The translations under genes and the position numbers were made by a program. A stretch of DNA of 64,000 nt, from the NCBI GenBank assembly GCA_030141605.1, contig JAQGDQ010000046.1:744001-808000 (forward strand), written 5' to 3'. Positions 1 through 14,495 of the stretch are shown here, piece by piece. Source of the stretch: Tubiluchus corallicola. Its lineage: Eukaryota > Animalia > Priapulida. The notes beneath the pieces are model-generated. The model made no database searches. It was not told where the DNA came from and was given only the letters and a program-made list of their open reading frames with translations. Each line of letters starts with the position of its first letter. The stretch's first letter is position 1.

Positions 1-3000
1 TTCTTGTCTATGACCTCTCTACATATTTCGTGGAAACCCTTCGTGTATATATATAGACGTGCCTGCGTGCGTGTGTGGCGCGAAAAATACTTTAAAATAA
101 AAATAATCATTGATATAAACTATTTATTGGGAGTTTCAAAAATTCCGCATTCTTTATACATCTCAAAATCTCAAATTATTTTTAAAATTTTTTTAAAATA
201 GTAATTATCATATTGAGACATCAAATGACAATTTGGTTGCTGGGTACAATTTATTAGAATTTTCGTAGCATCAAACTTGGCTTCGTAAGTCTACAGCACT
301 AATTTTACACCTAAATTACACGGGCGCTCTTTTCCATAATAATATAGGCATGCAGTGATTTTTACACATGCGGCGGAGTGCAAAACTTGAAAAGCAGGCC
401 AAAAATCTTAACTAATCAGCAATATAAAAGTTGCTGCAAAAATCGGATTAGTTAGTAGGTTCTGAACATGATTATTTATTTATATTTAAAAAATAATTTA
501 ATAACTTCAATAGTTTATACCGCAGTCTAGAATCGTAGCCTGAACGAGCTTATATGGAATGAAAACGTTCCCAGTCATAAAAACACATTTAATACACAGT
601 TGCACGAATTTTTAAATATTTTGGCTTCTATTGGCCTACAGTAGCTATAGAAGAGTTAACTGCCTCTCCCCTTTGTGATAAGCTGGCAGTGTTGTTAAAC
701 ACAAATCTGGCGGAGCTGAGTGGCAGGAAGTTTGGCTGAGTTTCCACAGCGGAGATATTTATAGTTAAAAGATGAGGATGCAAGGAGAGGATGCTGCACT
801 GGGGGTGCGCGCAGTAACCAAAAACAGCTGTAAAACTTGGCTTTATTTTTACTCTAAACAATTGCTACTATCCAGTACAATAGAGTGCCACATTCACATG
901 CTGATCACATTATACACGTCACCAGCCGGTGTGTGAATCTTGTAAGGCAAGGATATCAGTAAGAGAGAGAATGTGGCTTCATTCTGCCATCTGAATGACG
1001 TCAATAGCAGAAATCATGAATTGGAAGTTTACCAAGCTGTCAATGAAAAGAACATGTGCTACATTAAACACAGATTTCAGGTAAATCGCTAAAATAATTC
1101 GTATTAGTTGTGTTAATACAGCCCTAAAATGAAGCCAGTTGCCTACGCTACATTTACTAATCCACCAGGCATCTTGTTGTAAATGGGAAAATGAAACTGT
1201 GGGTTTTGAAAACTTTATTTTGGAATAAATCACAAGCAATATAAAATAGAAATCATAACATAAGTAGGCACATTATATTCGTAAGCTTAAAAGCTCAAGA
1301 ACATCAAGACTTGTGTAATATTAGGAAGCTTGGAGAAAACTATACTTACCTGATGGAAAATCAACTTACCTTCACCACGTTGAACGTCAACTTACCTTCG
1401 ATAAACACAGGTCCTCGAAATTCCCATTGTTGGCGAAGCTTGGCTAAATGCGGAGTTTCTCTTCAGAATGTGGCGAACCCTTACTAAATGCGGAGTGTCT
1501 CTTCAAGTAGTAAATGGAGTTTGCCTGCCTGTTAAACCTTGTTTACCTGCAGTCAACCTATGAACGTGGGGCTTTTTCTAAAGCACAATTCCGTAGGGCG
1601 AAGTACAATTCCATGCGTGATTTTCGTCATGCAGCTTGAAGCACAAGTTTCCTTAAAAAGTCAGTTTAGAATATTTTAGTTCAGTAAGATTACGACATGC
1701 TCTCAAACTCTCATCAACCAAACAATGTCACTTAAGCAGAAAATGATTATGTGAGAAATGAAGTATTAACAAAGCAAGAAAGTTACTTACACATTATTCC
1801 AGATGTCACAGATACAAGCTCGTCTTTTCATACAGGTTCTTACTAAAACGCCGTCGACATTTAGTAATGACACACAGATAGTTTCCATAGTTTGCGAACA
1901 CGTAGAGCTACAAGTTCCATTGATAGTATTTGTTCATCCGCTGACAATGTATTTTACAAATTTACAATTTACATTTTGTTTAATTGTATAAGTTGATTTT
2001 CTTATGCAAACTTTGTGACTCTGCGTTGCGTTATTATAATACTTCCACCAATTCTGGTACAATAATAACTGTTAGTGAAATGTATTATCCAAATAAACTT
2101 ATTTATTTACTTTTAATCGATGATAATGTGGTTAGTAACACACTGTTTTCTTTTGTCATTGCAGCGTAACAATTAATGGTCAATTAAGCATCAAATTTGT
2201 ATAGCTCGTGTTTTTAACGTTATAGTATGCTATAGTGCAACTGTTTGCATAATGTATTTTCATGGCAAAAATATCGTCTCTTTTTTCTTGGCAATTTAAG
2301 GTTATTTTTTGTTGATGTCGTCCATCCAGATTTTATCCAGATGTTCGACCGCGTGGAAATATTAATTAACTTCGTTTATAACTATCACTGGCTGATGTGA
2401 GCACACTTGTTACAATTTTTCCAAGCCAGTTAATTGCAAATAATTGGGCATAAATTAAAACGAGTGTAGACTACAGTATTCCATTCGCGTATTTCTACCC
2501 GCACTGAGCCGTATAACGTAAGAACCTGTCAGAAACAATACAAATTAGACAAAAACAATTTATTCTTTACTTTGGCTGACTGACGTTAAATTTTCTATAC
2601 TTAGATTTCGTTTCAAAATTTCATAAAAATTTCGCTTTTTGCGTTTCTTTTTTTCGGTTCAGTACACTATAAGGCACAGTCTAGCAATGATGAATGTTTT
2701 GGGCGGGGCCGGAATCTTGTATATTATGAAGGATAATTCTCTATGATGTTAATAGACCGGCAGAGGTGTCTTGGCTACGCTTGTATAATATCTTCAACGA
2801 CAGACAAACTACGGCAGAAGATCCACCTAGAAGTAGTTTACCAACGGTCATCAATCCACTAACTAACCGCGACAGGTATTGCTTGAAATTTGAATCCAAA
2901 TCTCCACTTCATGAGAAGTTACTAGACAAACTCTAAAACGTTTAGTGTTTGAAAACTCGGAGTTGCGCAAGTTGTTCGAAAATTTTTCGAAAATGTGCGA

Positions 3001-3940
3001 GATTTCAATCATTGCAGGCGGCCACTAGAGCTCACGGAAGAATGCGATGGGAGCAAAAAAATGTCAAGTCGGGCCAGTTTATTGCAAATGCCAAGAGATG
3101 AAGACAAGAAGTGTAACCAATGGCAACGGGAGCAGACAGATTAGTGCCAGGAGGAAATATTTCCGTAGATAAACCTGTAAACTTCCTCTCTCTCCAAAGA
3201 TGAGAGTCAGACATACAGTCAAGCAGATGGCAGCAATATGAAGCGAAAGAGCCCAGCCCTAGACAGAAACCACAGTAGTAGTAATACAAAGACAATTAAG
3301 AATCACATCTCTGAAATATTAACTGAACAAATTGCAGCTGAACTTTCGACTTTTAAAGAAGTTTTACCATAAGACAATCGCAAAAGCAACGTCTAATTCA
3401 TAGACCTACAGAAGAGTACACAATGGACAGAGAAGTCCACAGTTATACGACTCACAAGTTCCAAAATTATAAGCTTAATGAAAGGAGCAGCAGTTTGTGC
3501 AATAAACGACCGCAACCTATTGAACCGCATATCCAAAACTGACCGTTAGTGACAACGATTTTACTATCGATTTAGTTGGAGGGAACACCGTAAACGTAAA
3601 GTCCTAGATGTCCCTGCAAACAGATTATGGTAGTTTAGTATAAAATTAGAGGGATACATCAGGTACTACAAATGTACCTGTAGATAACAAGTATTTATTG
3701 TTGATTATTAATACACGAAGTGTATACAATTTCTGTGACATACTTAATGCATTATATGATTATACTCATTGATTAAACAGATATACAGGCACATATAGCA
3801 CCATAAATATTGGTCCACTTTATATCGCACCAACTGCAACCAAGGTCAACAGCCATTTGGTAAAGGTTAAAATATTCGTCGAAGTTTGCACTTTTTTAAT
3901 AAGTTAGGCATTCATTATTGAAAATACCGGTAAAGGAAAC

Positions 3941-4178
3941 ATTATAGACGGAATCATGGATTTTATAATTAAAGAATTCTGTTTTTATTTTGCTGACAAA
4001 TAGATATTTCTCAGACTATTACGGATTACTTCCTCAATGTAAACACGAGCAATATGAAACACCTTGAAATGCAAATTATATATCTGAGGAAGCAACTCGT
4101 AAGGCGCTGCATAACATCTGTTTATTAGCAAAATAAAAGCAGAATTTTGATTATAATATCCACGATTCCGTCTATAAT
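3941..4178. mobile_element. MITE-like element with about 65-bp terminal inverted repeats
   Basis: ATTATAGACGGAATCATGGATTTTATAAT...TTTTATTTTGCTGACAAATAGAT pairs with the reverse complement of 4116-4178. Confidence 0.75.
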
Positions 4179-7100
4179 CTTCGCTATAATCCGTTTACTG
4201 AAGCTGACACTTTCCACTAATTTATAACTTTCATAAACTTCTTTTGGGAAAGTTTGTCTTTAGGACAAATAGTTTGTGACACATTAGTTACACAAGAGTG
4301 TAGCCATAGTAGATAAATTGATTTATTAACGTACAGAAAGTCACTAGTAAGGCGTTTTTCGGAGTCTGCAATGCATGCTATGTAACTGGACTATGAAAAT
4401 CCCCAAATTACAGCAAGAACATTAGTACATTACACATGTGTCCTTTCATTGTGAAGAATAATAAGCGAATAGTGTGGAACTTTAAAACATTGTTGAGAAA
4501 GATAATCTGTTAAAATATAACAAGGGTAGATTTCTCTTTGCTGAATGCTGAATCAAGCCGATATGGTGAGCTACTTAGACCGCATTTTATGAGATTAAAA
4601 CTTAGCCGCCTGCAAACCGCAAGTAAACAAACAATGTGAACTTCGAGAAGATGTACACAAGCAAATGCACAGATGTAGAAAGAAGTAAAACCATTCACGA
4701 TTCAACAAATCATGTGTTGATGAACTTTCACGTGCCGCACATGCGCAAATGAAAAAGCGCAATTCAACTTAAAAAAGGAATTTGAGGCCATTTTTTAGAA
4801 GCAGTGGTATATCACTTCCCACGCATTTATATAAGGAATTCTGCTTTTCACCGAATAACCTGCCAAGTTTTGAATGTTGTGACTTTGCGGTTTGTACAGT
4901 ACGTACTGACCTGATATCAGATCTTCCCGTAGGGACGCCCTCAAGAAGTAAACAAGTATTTGAGACTGGTCACGCACGGGGTCATGCCTGTTTCTCAACA
5001 AGCCTACAGTTTAACTTTAAGCCGCTAAACTTGCCGATCGTTATCTGTTGAAGAGTAACTGTGCAGTCAGACAGTTTTATCAAAGCCAGTTTAAAGGTCT
5101 AGTAAAGCATTTCTGGAGTAAACCTGCAACCAAAACGAACAAAGCTAACGTTAAAACTGTAAACTTCCAATTAACAAGTTTCAAAGACTTGCTGTCATCA
5201 AAATTATCCTACGACCAATACACAGCTATAAAAAACTCTTTAAAACGTGAACGGCTAGAATAGACTAAGCTTTTTCGAACCTACAAGGCCGCATTCTCAT
5301 ACCGACAAGAGTGCTCTTGATGATTTGTCCAGGTGAAAGAAGCAGGAAAAGGAAAAGATTAATCCCCTCTTCATCCTTCTTCGCCAGCGTCCACTTACGA
5401 GTCAGATAAATGCTACCAAGCAGCTCAAAAACTTATCAATCAGTAGCGGCGCACAATACAGCTAATATCAGCCCAAAACGCTTAACAAATCCCCGCACTC
5501 CTACAGCGGAAGTGCAAATCAAAAACTCTGCAAAGAGTGTATTTGTTAAGAAAATTTACTATTATTCTCGCCGGCTTTTGTGTAGAAGCATAAATCCCCC
5601 GCTTTGAATAACTTAAGCTAAAGAACCGACGTTAAATGGGTACAGGCAAATAGCTGGGTTGACGTCGGGGTGGCCCAGCAACCAATACGTACTAAGTTGA
5701 ATGCAAAATACTTGGAAAATTACTGTAAATTAGATTAGCGACAATAGCAAATTATGTGTTTTTATTGTACTCTTTAAAGGAAAACCGAAACTTCACAGAT
5801 CCTAGACTTCCACTTACACGAACAAATGTAAGCATCTTCATGCATGTTATAATCAAACTAATACGAGAGTCTCAATATCGCTATAAATAATTAAAAGCTA
5901 TAATAGCGTCAGAAAAATTGAAGTGTACTCCACCAGCTATTCGTTCCTAGAATAGACAGCAAAATGTTTAAAAATACTGTAAATACTGTAAATTCAGATA
6001 TTATTTCATAAAATCTGAATTGAAAAGATGCCAAAAAGATAAGAAATCTCAGCAGACTTAATAAAAATTAGTAACACATCACTAATCACACCAACATCAA
6101 GCCTCCACATTGCGGGATAAACTCATTTCAATGAATTACAACCGGCCTCTTTGTAACCCTATTTCTAATCAAAATGGTCTTGTCAACAAACAGCCGAGAG
6201 CTTTACAAACACACTTGTACGTAATTTATATTTCTTCACTATACGCTATAGGACTATAAGTCAACAGCACTACTCTCCTTATTTGTAAAGTCAATGTACA
6301 AGAAGATGAAAAGTACGTGCGGAGACGTAAACTAAGTGTTTTCAAGGCACATTTGCATTTACGTATCTCACTTAGGATAGGAACTCTGCAACTCTGATGT
6401 ATTCACCTTTATTTAACCACAGTGATTTTGTTGTATAGATTGGAGATCCACAAAGTTATTTATTTTTTATTAGACCGGCTTTATAACAACCAAGAAGAAC
6501 GTGACCTTGAGAATTACGCTAACCACAAAATATGTTAGTGTAACAGAAAAGCTATTGCGGAATCGAAAAGCGTACAGGTAAACGGCAGTTCTATCATAGA
6601 ATGGCTCAGTGAAATGTTGGCTTACATATAGCTGCACAGCCTGGTCTAAATAACCCAAATCCTCTTGCAAACCTTTTGCACAAAGTAACTGATTATTATG
6701 CATAATTTTCTGCCGAACCCGAAATCTTGGCTAACAGTTGGTGCTATTCACATACACAACCCAGGCAGCGCGTTTTACGGCAAACTGGTGATTAGTTGCC
6801 AGTTTGTTTGAAGCGAGTCTTCAAAAGCCACTGAAAAGTTCCTTATAAACCTGCCCAAAAGCCAAGAGAAAATGGAATTAGTCGAGTTTTGTGCCCAGTT
6901 TAGCATCCTGTTCTGTCCCACGTTTTTATTTATTCTTTTCTTGCCACAACAAAACTGCGAAATGTTGTTGAAAAGCTTCGGTAGTCATAGCAACGCAGAA
7001 AGTTGGCTTTTGTGCGTGAAAATTTCACCCGAACATTGTTTCGCTAAAAAGTCAAAACCGGAATCCAGCCCAGTTTACGTACCTCCGCATGAGACGATAT

Positions 7101-10100
7101 GTCAGCTATTGAAATTATAATTTAACTATAAAAAGCTCTTTTGATCTTTCGATCAATATTGTAAGTTTTTTTGCGCATTAAAGTCCATTAAAATTATTCA
7201 CGCCCCATGTCTTTACCACCGTGAGTTGACTGACAAAACGGCATTTGTTCGCGGCTGTTGGGAATTTGGGAAAGCGGGAAATTAGTATCAAATGTGTTGC
7301 AAACGTAATGACGTTCAAACATAAAATTAGAACAATAATTATTTTAGGAATATTTATGTGTATCACACAAGATGCCTAGATACTCGTCATATGTAAGACA
7401 AAAAGTAATAACTTAGTGAAAAATCACAATGTATTAGGCTATTAGGATGTATTATAAAATTCGATGCCGACTTTGGATTTACTTTAACAAAAATAGTGCA
7501 CTATACTGCCACTTGTGTGATTTTTATTTAATAAATTACACTCAAGCGCGCGATTCTAAATACTTCTGCAAAGAGTTTTTGACAAAGTTCATGGCACCAC
7601 AGCTAAAAATTCCTTCCTTTCAAGGCTGATGCATCATGCCTTTAATTCACCACATAATACAAACAAAATTTCATTGCCCCTCAAAAATTACCAGTCTGAG
7701 TCAGCCGAATCTCGCCTGCCATTTTAAACAGCCCGTCCGCTAACAACCTAAAGGGGATCTACGTAATAACTCTCCAATAACTAGAAATAATTTTAATGGT
7801 TTGAAATACATCGCCGGAAGTAGTCAAGTGAAAACACACTGGTTGGATTTGTGTAGAATTATGCTAAATTAGCCATAACTGGAATGCTTGTGAACCGTAA
7901 ACTGAAAAGCATGTACTGTGTAAGACTCGTTCAAGCGATGCAGTGAGAAAGAACACGGCAAAAAACTTTAATGAATGAAATACCAAACAAGCTGCTGTTA
8001 AAGCTTATAACACAAGCCAGCATAATTAAGAAACAGGTCGCTTTAACCACAAACTAATGTTGTTTTTCAATTTTCCTTTTTTCTTAATTTAAAACGAAAC
8101 CTCTGGTCCTCTGTTGTTTTTATATGCCGCCTTCAAAACTGCCTAGCACTGAAACAAACTTTACAGGCTAGAGGCTAGACATCATTCGCCTGACAAATAG
8201 CACATTCGTTTTTAATACAGACAGAGCAAATGTAAACAAATAACCTCATTAAAATAATTTCAAACATCTTGCTTAGTAATCGCTCCTTTCTTTGAATTCT
8301 GCCACACTAACGTTAGAATAGAAACAACTGCTACACAGTATACCTATAATGGAGTTCAAAAAAATACTTATTAAAATTCCAAAATTTTGACTGTCACATC
8401 ATTTCTAACAAAAAAGTGCCTTCGGGGAAGTTACAACCTTGGAAGCCCAGAAAGCTTGAAAGCATGTAAATACGCAATTCAGATTTTGAATTCATTTTAT
8501 GTAAAGAAAGTACGGCGCACCTTGATATTAACAATGAAACTTGTTGACAGTCGAAGAACTGCACACTGTGATCGCGGTCTTACGTTTTTTGGCATTTTAG
8601 AGGTACATTTAGATTAGATTAAACATAAAAGATGCTGTATAGTCAAACGTTTCTTCTGATGATTATCAATGCATTTATGATTATAATTGTTTTTAATACG
8701 AATAATTACCTAAATGCTTAAATGCAAAGCTACATCGAACAGAGAAAATGCTGTAAAATGGAGCAATTATCATATCCCTATACTGAAGAATATATTTTTG
8801 TACAATTCGCAACAAAAATGAATTCGTAAAGACAGACAAAAATCGAAACTTCTCAACTTTCAGATTGCTGCTACATTTATGTCCATTTTTCCTTAGGTGA
8901 AAAACCTAAAAGAGACCATATTTACTTTAAAATAGCTCGTTGACGTTGAGAGGTAAATTGGTAGAGGAATCGCCGCTCACGGATGGATGCCCTTCTGACT
9001 CTGTTACACACCCAACTTTCTCTAAATGTAACAAACTGCCCACACTAAATCACACCATTGCTTCAACCGCGTTCCAAACATGTGAATGGGTAGAAACCAC
9101 AAATACGTTAACATACCGAGTCAAAAAAGAGGCGTTACACGTAGACGACTAGTTGTGGCCACACGAACTACTACAACATACTGTAGCAGACCGAGTATAT
9201 CTATATCTATATCTATATATATATAGCATGAGCGGAGTATTTAAATTTTACAAACCCGAACATACAGTGTAACTCTTTTCCGTTTGTTAACTTCCACTCT
9301 TTCTTTTGCTTAATTTACCAATTATTCTTACAACGCACCTTCACTTTTTATCATCATACACCTACTGCAATAACTGTCGGTTCTCTAACACAGGTTACAA
9401 AAAAATTCAAGGTGTATTTAGGACCGATCTTGGGGGTGGGGTCTCGAATCCCACAGACAAATTTTTCAAACTGGCTCCGTCATCTCTATCAAAAGCAGAC
9501 CCTGTCTTGGGACACAACTGTTTTCGAGTTCTTTAAACCTGAATTTTGTACCTGGCAACCACAGAAATTTGAGTCACTAGTAATAATTAGCGTTCCCTTT
9601 GTCTTCTTTATCGAAATTTAGAGGGATTTGTTTGCAGTGTGCCAGCCTAATCCAAACACACACAATGTAACGGCCGGAAACTAAAGCAGCAAAACTAAAC
9701 AAGTGTGCGTGTGTGTACAACAAAACAATTTAGATTACCAACACTTATTTATACACTAACAATAAAACTGGTAAATCACATATTACACAGGGCTCCATTT
9801 CAGAACTCTTGAGTCTCAATTTCAAAGCAAAATATCTAAATAATTAAAATTAATATTAGGCACGACGCACTACCTTACAATACCAGTTCGGAGAAGATTA
9901 CTGCTATGAATATTACTAACTCCTAGAATTTTATAAGTGCTAATTTTAAACATTCTCTTTTGACATATTGCGCTTAATTACGGGGACAGACAGATAAATG
10001 ATTTTTACTGCCTTTGCTAAGAAATACTGTAAATCAGCATTTCGCGAGCAGTAATTTTATTTATAATACTTTACTTGTTAAATTTCATATTGAAAATAGG

Positions 10101-11449
10101 ATCCGAATTCGTACTGAAACATCTGTGTTACAGTAAACACTTCTTATGCAACAATGTGTGGTTCATTATTAACTGTTCAAACACAAAACGAAATCCAATC
10201 TTAGAAACAAGAATTCTAGAAAACTGGCTTCTCACATTGTGTTAATAACAAGGAAGGCCTAGTTATTTTATAAACTGCAGTTACTGCGACAAAGTTGTCT
10301 AGAAACAACTGAGAAATGATAGAAATTAACTAAACATAACTGGCATTGAGCCAAGCCTGAAATCTGGCATTCATAGAGGTAATTTGAGCTGGGCGAGGAG
10401 CGCTGAACGCTAACCAGATGTACTTCACAGACCCACGCCAGCACGTCCTGTTCCAACAACCCTTTACTAATTCCTAATTCCTAGCTTAGCCGGGTTTCCT
10501 TCACATTTTTATCAGAAAGAACATGTTTACAGAGCAAGAAAGCTACATATATATATACATATATGAGCTTGCCAAAATATTAACCTGTATCTCTCTATCT
10601 AATCTATCTATATATATACCAATACGATACTATCTATATATACTAGTATATATATGTATATACTATCTATATATACCAATCAGATTCAATATTATGCATC
10701 TAAGGAAAGGAAATATAGATACAGCCTAACATTTGATACCCCTTGAAATGACGCCAGTCTAGCAAACCATGCAAACAAGTCAAATACCTGAAAGCAAACC
10801 TACAGAAAACTTTGCCATTATTAATGTTTGAGCTATTTTTTAGAGGGTATGAAAGCACGCATTGCATGTTATCGACCCATTTCGCCAACACAGACAATCA
10901 CTGCACAAACACAATTAAGCTAGAAATTATCACAGACGCAAGCTATTTAGGGCTCACTTCAGAGCTTGGAAAACCTTGTAACATGTGCAGGCGAGAGGTG
11001 CTAATGTGATACGAAAAAAAGTTCTCACCTTTGCAGAGCTGCAAAAAACCAATGAAACCTGGACGAAAAAATCAACATGGCGACAAACGTACAAGACATC
11101 ATGAATTAGACGCGAACGTACAACGTGGACACTCTGAGACTAAAATAAGAAGTTTAATTACCTGATCGCAAAATCCAGAATAGCACTTAATGAAATCTCA
11201 CTTGATTTTGTCATGCATATTTGTACTGATTAGGTTTTTTTTGTCTTCAATGTTTGATATCTTTGGACCTAAGCTGATTTAAATCTCTGTCTGTGCTAGT
11301 ACACATTTTGTAATAGGGAGGTTTGCTTCATAATCTGTTACAATTTGCTCCATTTTGTATATTTTTAAGTAACTGTTGTTAAAATGTATGTAAATTCGTA
11401 TTTGTATGAATTTTTCTTCTAAAACACTTTCCACCATCCATAATAAAGA

Positions 11450-12377
11450 GTTAACAAAACTATCTTACATTTATTACAACTACACAAAATTTATTGGTAA
11501 TTCCTTATATAACATGGGACACCTCCATAATGCCTCACAAATAAATATAGCTTATCTTATTAAAATACTCTTTAACAAGCTGGCGAAACTTCAATAAATA
11601 GAGTTAGAATAAAGTACCTATAAGCTACTATATACACAAAATTCTCTTTCTACCCTCATCATGTATGTCCTCAAAGGAAGAGGCAAACAATTTTGGTAGC
11701 CTTTATAATATTTAAAATAACATCTCAAAATAGAAAGTAGGACTGTAACCCGCAACAACATCAACACAACCTTGTGGAAAATTTTCCAGTTTAAAAAACT
11801 TAGCTGTGTGGCTGAGAAGTCATCAAAACAGAGATTGTAAAAGTGAATAATTATTGTTCTTCAAATAAAAAAGGCCACTTGCAACTACAATTTAAACTCA
11901 TTATTGATTAAAAAATGAAAAATTAAAAAGCTCTTCTTGCTAATACTCTTCTCTGGTTCTATGTAGATATTCTTGCTGACAACAATGCTATATTATAGGC
12001 ACTATTATTTATATAATTTTAGATGCCTAAAACAAACCTGCCTCCTTTAATATCAATTTAAATACTGATTACAGTGGGCTCTAGTTCTTTCTCATAATTA
12101 CACTTTTAGACGTATTAGAAAACGGCTTGACATGCACCAACTCTATAAACAACTCAATGGCATGAAATTCAACACGCATTACACAATTCTACATACATAG
12201 AATAGGTAAAATATGGGATACCAGTGCTCAAAGTAGACTTCTGTTTGTTCTGTTTCCATCATGCGTCGATCTGTCTGTCGTTCGTTCATCTCAGCTGAGC
12301 TGCCCTTGCAATATCTTACACTATAGTGATGAAAGCACATGTGTAGAATAGTACTTCTACTACTGCATGTGCCAGGC
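11450..12377 (-). other. Putative Sprouty 3' UTR with poly(A) signals
   Basis: Minus-strand AATAAA at 11490-11495 and 11470-11475; AU-rich elements UAUUUAU at 11541-11547 and 11594-11600. Confidence 0.5.
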
Positions 12378-13217
12378 TCATCCCGTAGAGTCAGAATTCG
12401 GATCCAATAAGCGTCGGTCAGTAGCAGGCGCCGGAGGACCATGTCGCTGGCAATGACAACCAGTCGAATGGTAACAGTTATAACACTTCTCTCCTAATTT
12501 TACGCAGCCCCGCATCGGCCAGTAACAAAACAAACAGGGCAAAATCACTGACAACACGCTGAGACATGTCCACCGCATACATCTATGTTCCGGTGCACAT
12601 GAACATGGTTTATCAAACACCTCGCTGCCGCTGTCACTGTCCAAGTCACCTACACAGAGATAGAAACCCGCTTTCACACAATACATACATGTGCAATAGT
12701 CAACACACTGTTCCGCGGAGCACAAGCATTTGTTCGTGCATAGCCACTTTGATGGCAATGGGCGTGGATTGGTGCAAATGCCGCACCGACATTTTCCGCA
12801 CTCTGGACAAATGATGACATCTCGATGTGCATGCACAGACACGTTGTTATTTTGTTTACTGCTGTCCTCACTTCCATCCACTTTTGTGTAAGTTTTTGTT
12901 ACACTACTTTTAACCGGTTGTTTATCAATAATAGGTTCTTTACTAGACGTACTTGTTGACTCACCACTGTTCTGCCGAACTTTGTCTTCATCACCTTTTG
13001 GTAACAGCTTTGTCTGACTGCCATTGTTGAAAGTGGGTGACTCCACGTACACGTTCTGTGATCTTGGCATCCCAGGAGGCCGTAACTGTTCGAGGGATAT
13101 AACTTCTCTTGGGGGTGATGGTGTCACTTGTAATGCATGAACACTTGGCAATGAAGTGGGCCGTACTGCAGTAAATCGCCCACCTGTAGGCAGTGCCACA
13201 TTACCATTCTGGGCCAT
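12378..13217 (-). CDS. spry: Sprouty (RTK/ERK feedback inhibitor), 279 aa, single coding exon
   Basis: N-terminal ISLEQLRP and NVYVESP (NxYxxxP Cbl-TKB tyrosine motif, Y57). Cys-rich SPR domain ICPECGKCRC...RPLPSKWLC...CTCMYCVK..FY.C...KPCSC...RW...LPCLFCYWP..GC. Splice acceptor tgttttcag ends at 13245, 27 nt upstream of the ATG. Confidence 0.97.
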   Translation of the reverse strand: MAQNGNVALPTGGRFTAVRPTSLPSVHALQVTPSPPREVISLEQLRPPGMPRSQNVYVESPTFNNGSQTKLLPKGDEDKVRQNSGESTSTSSKEPIIDKQPVKSSVTKTYTKVDGSEDSSKQNNNVSVHAHRDVIICPECGKCRCGICTNPRPLPSKWLCTNKCLCSAEQCVDYCTCMYCVKAGFYLCVGDLDSDSGSEVFDKPCSCAPEHRCMRWTCLSVLSVILPCLFCYWPMRGCVKLGEKCYNCYHSTGCHCQRHGPPAPATDRRLLDPNSDSTG

Positions 13218-14495
13218 AAATGTTAGAAGGTGCTAAGGTGTTTACTGAAAACAAAAAACATATGATTAAACAGGCTATTTTTGAAGGTAACAAATAACTT
13301 TGGTTGAAGTGTGTGCTACAAGCACGGCAGCACAAAAACTAAGCTATTTTAAATTTCAGGAGATTTTCAAGGAAATCCACCAAAACCTTCAAAAATATTA
13401 CGACTATTCAAGTAATTAAACTGTTACGTACATTTTTTCTTACCTGCACTAATTTTTTTCTCAACTAATTTTACACATTGAAAAATAGACATGCAAACAG
13501 GGCAAAATCCGACAAACATTTGTACCGGACCAGATCCATTAAAATTACTGGATCTCGGGTTTCATAACTGGATCCGATACATCGCTATTTGTAAAATATA
13601 ATGTTTCCAAAGTTTATAGGTGAATAACTGAAATAAGTTATATTATTAGAGAAGTGTAGGAACAAGAAACAATAATTAGCGCCAAGTCATTGCAAAATAT
13701 GTTTGTTTAGTGGTTCACCACTTCCTGTACTTCATTCTTCACACTCATTACCTTTCAGGCTTTTCTTCATTTTAACTTGTACTTCCCGCACTACCGTTAT
13801 TTTATGCTGCCTGCTCAGCTCAAATCTTACAAGTTTACCTTCTGATCTGAGCCGACAATTATTTGCTCATCACAATTAGTCGTTAGGTTATAGGTTATTT
13901 AAAATTATTCCAATGCTATCTATATACTGACATGATGTATACTCAGAAATTTGGTGTAAGCTATATCACCTCTCTATTATTGGCTCTTCGAATAAATAAA
14001 CAATAAAAAGAAATTCATTACCATTGCTGGCATGCCCTATATTTCTACACAAGGAACACTATAATTATCAACAACGAATAGCTGTCAGAATTCATTCATA
14101 ACACGCACATAACCTACACCCAGTCAAGTTCACATTACATTTACGTCATAATCTTTGTTTATATACTTGCAGGATAAAATAATTGTTTTGCTGTTTATTA
14201 TCATAAACAATACTGCACTCCTACACCGCCCACGCATGAAAACTAGCGGGTACAGCAACGGCACATAATGCTCATTACACATGTTAACGGTACAATGAAA
14301 TACAGTACACCGTATGAACAGAAAGAAGAGTCAGCAAATTACAGCAACAATACAAAACATAAGAATTTGTTTTTTCGCATTTCAACTGATTGTTTTCAAC
14401 AGTAAAACTCTACTGAAAATTATCGTAGCTGCACAAAACTGCAATATTTTAATACATCAGTTTTAACACAATTGTAATTACGATTCTCAACTTAC

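Noticed and set aside
1342-1352. U1 snRNA 5' end ATACTTACCTG
   Set aside because: Downstream sequence does not resemble U1; it is simply the complement of a splice donor
12400-12440. Grb2-binding PxxPxR tail as in vertebrate Spry2
   Set aside because: PPAPATDRR has PxxP but the Arg is not at the canonical position
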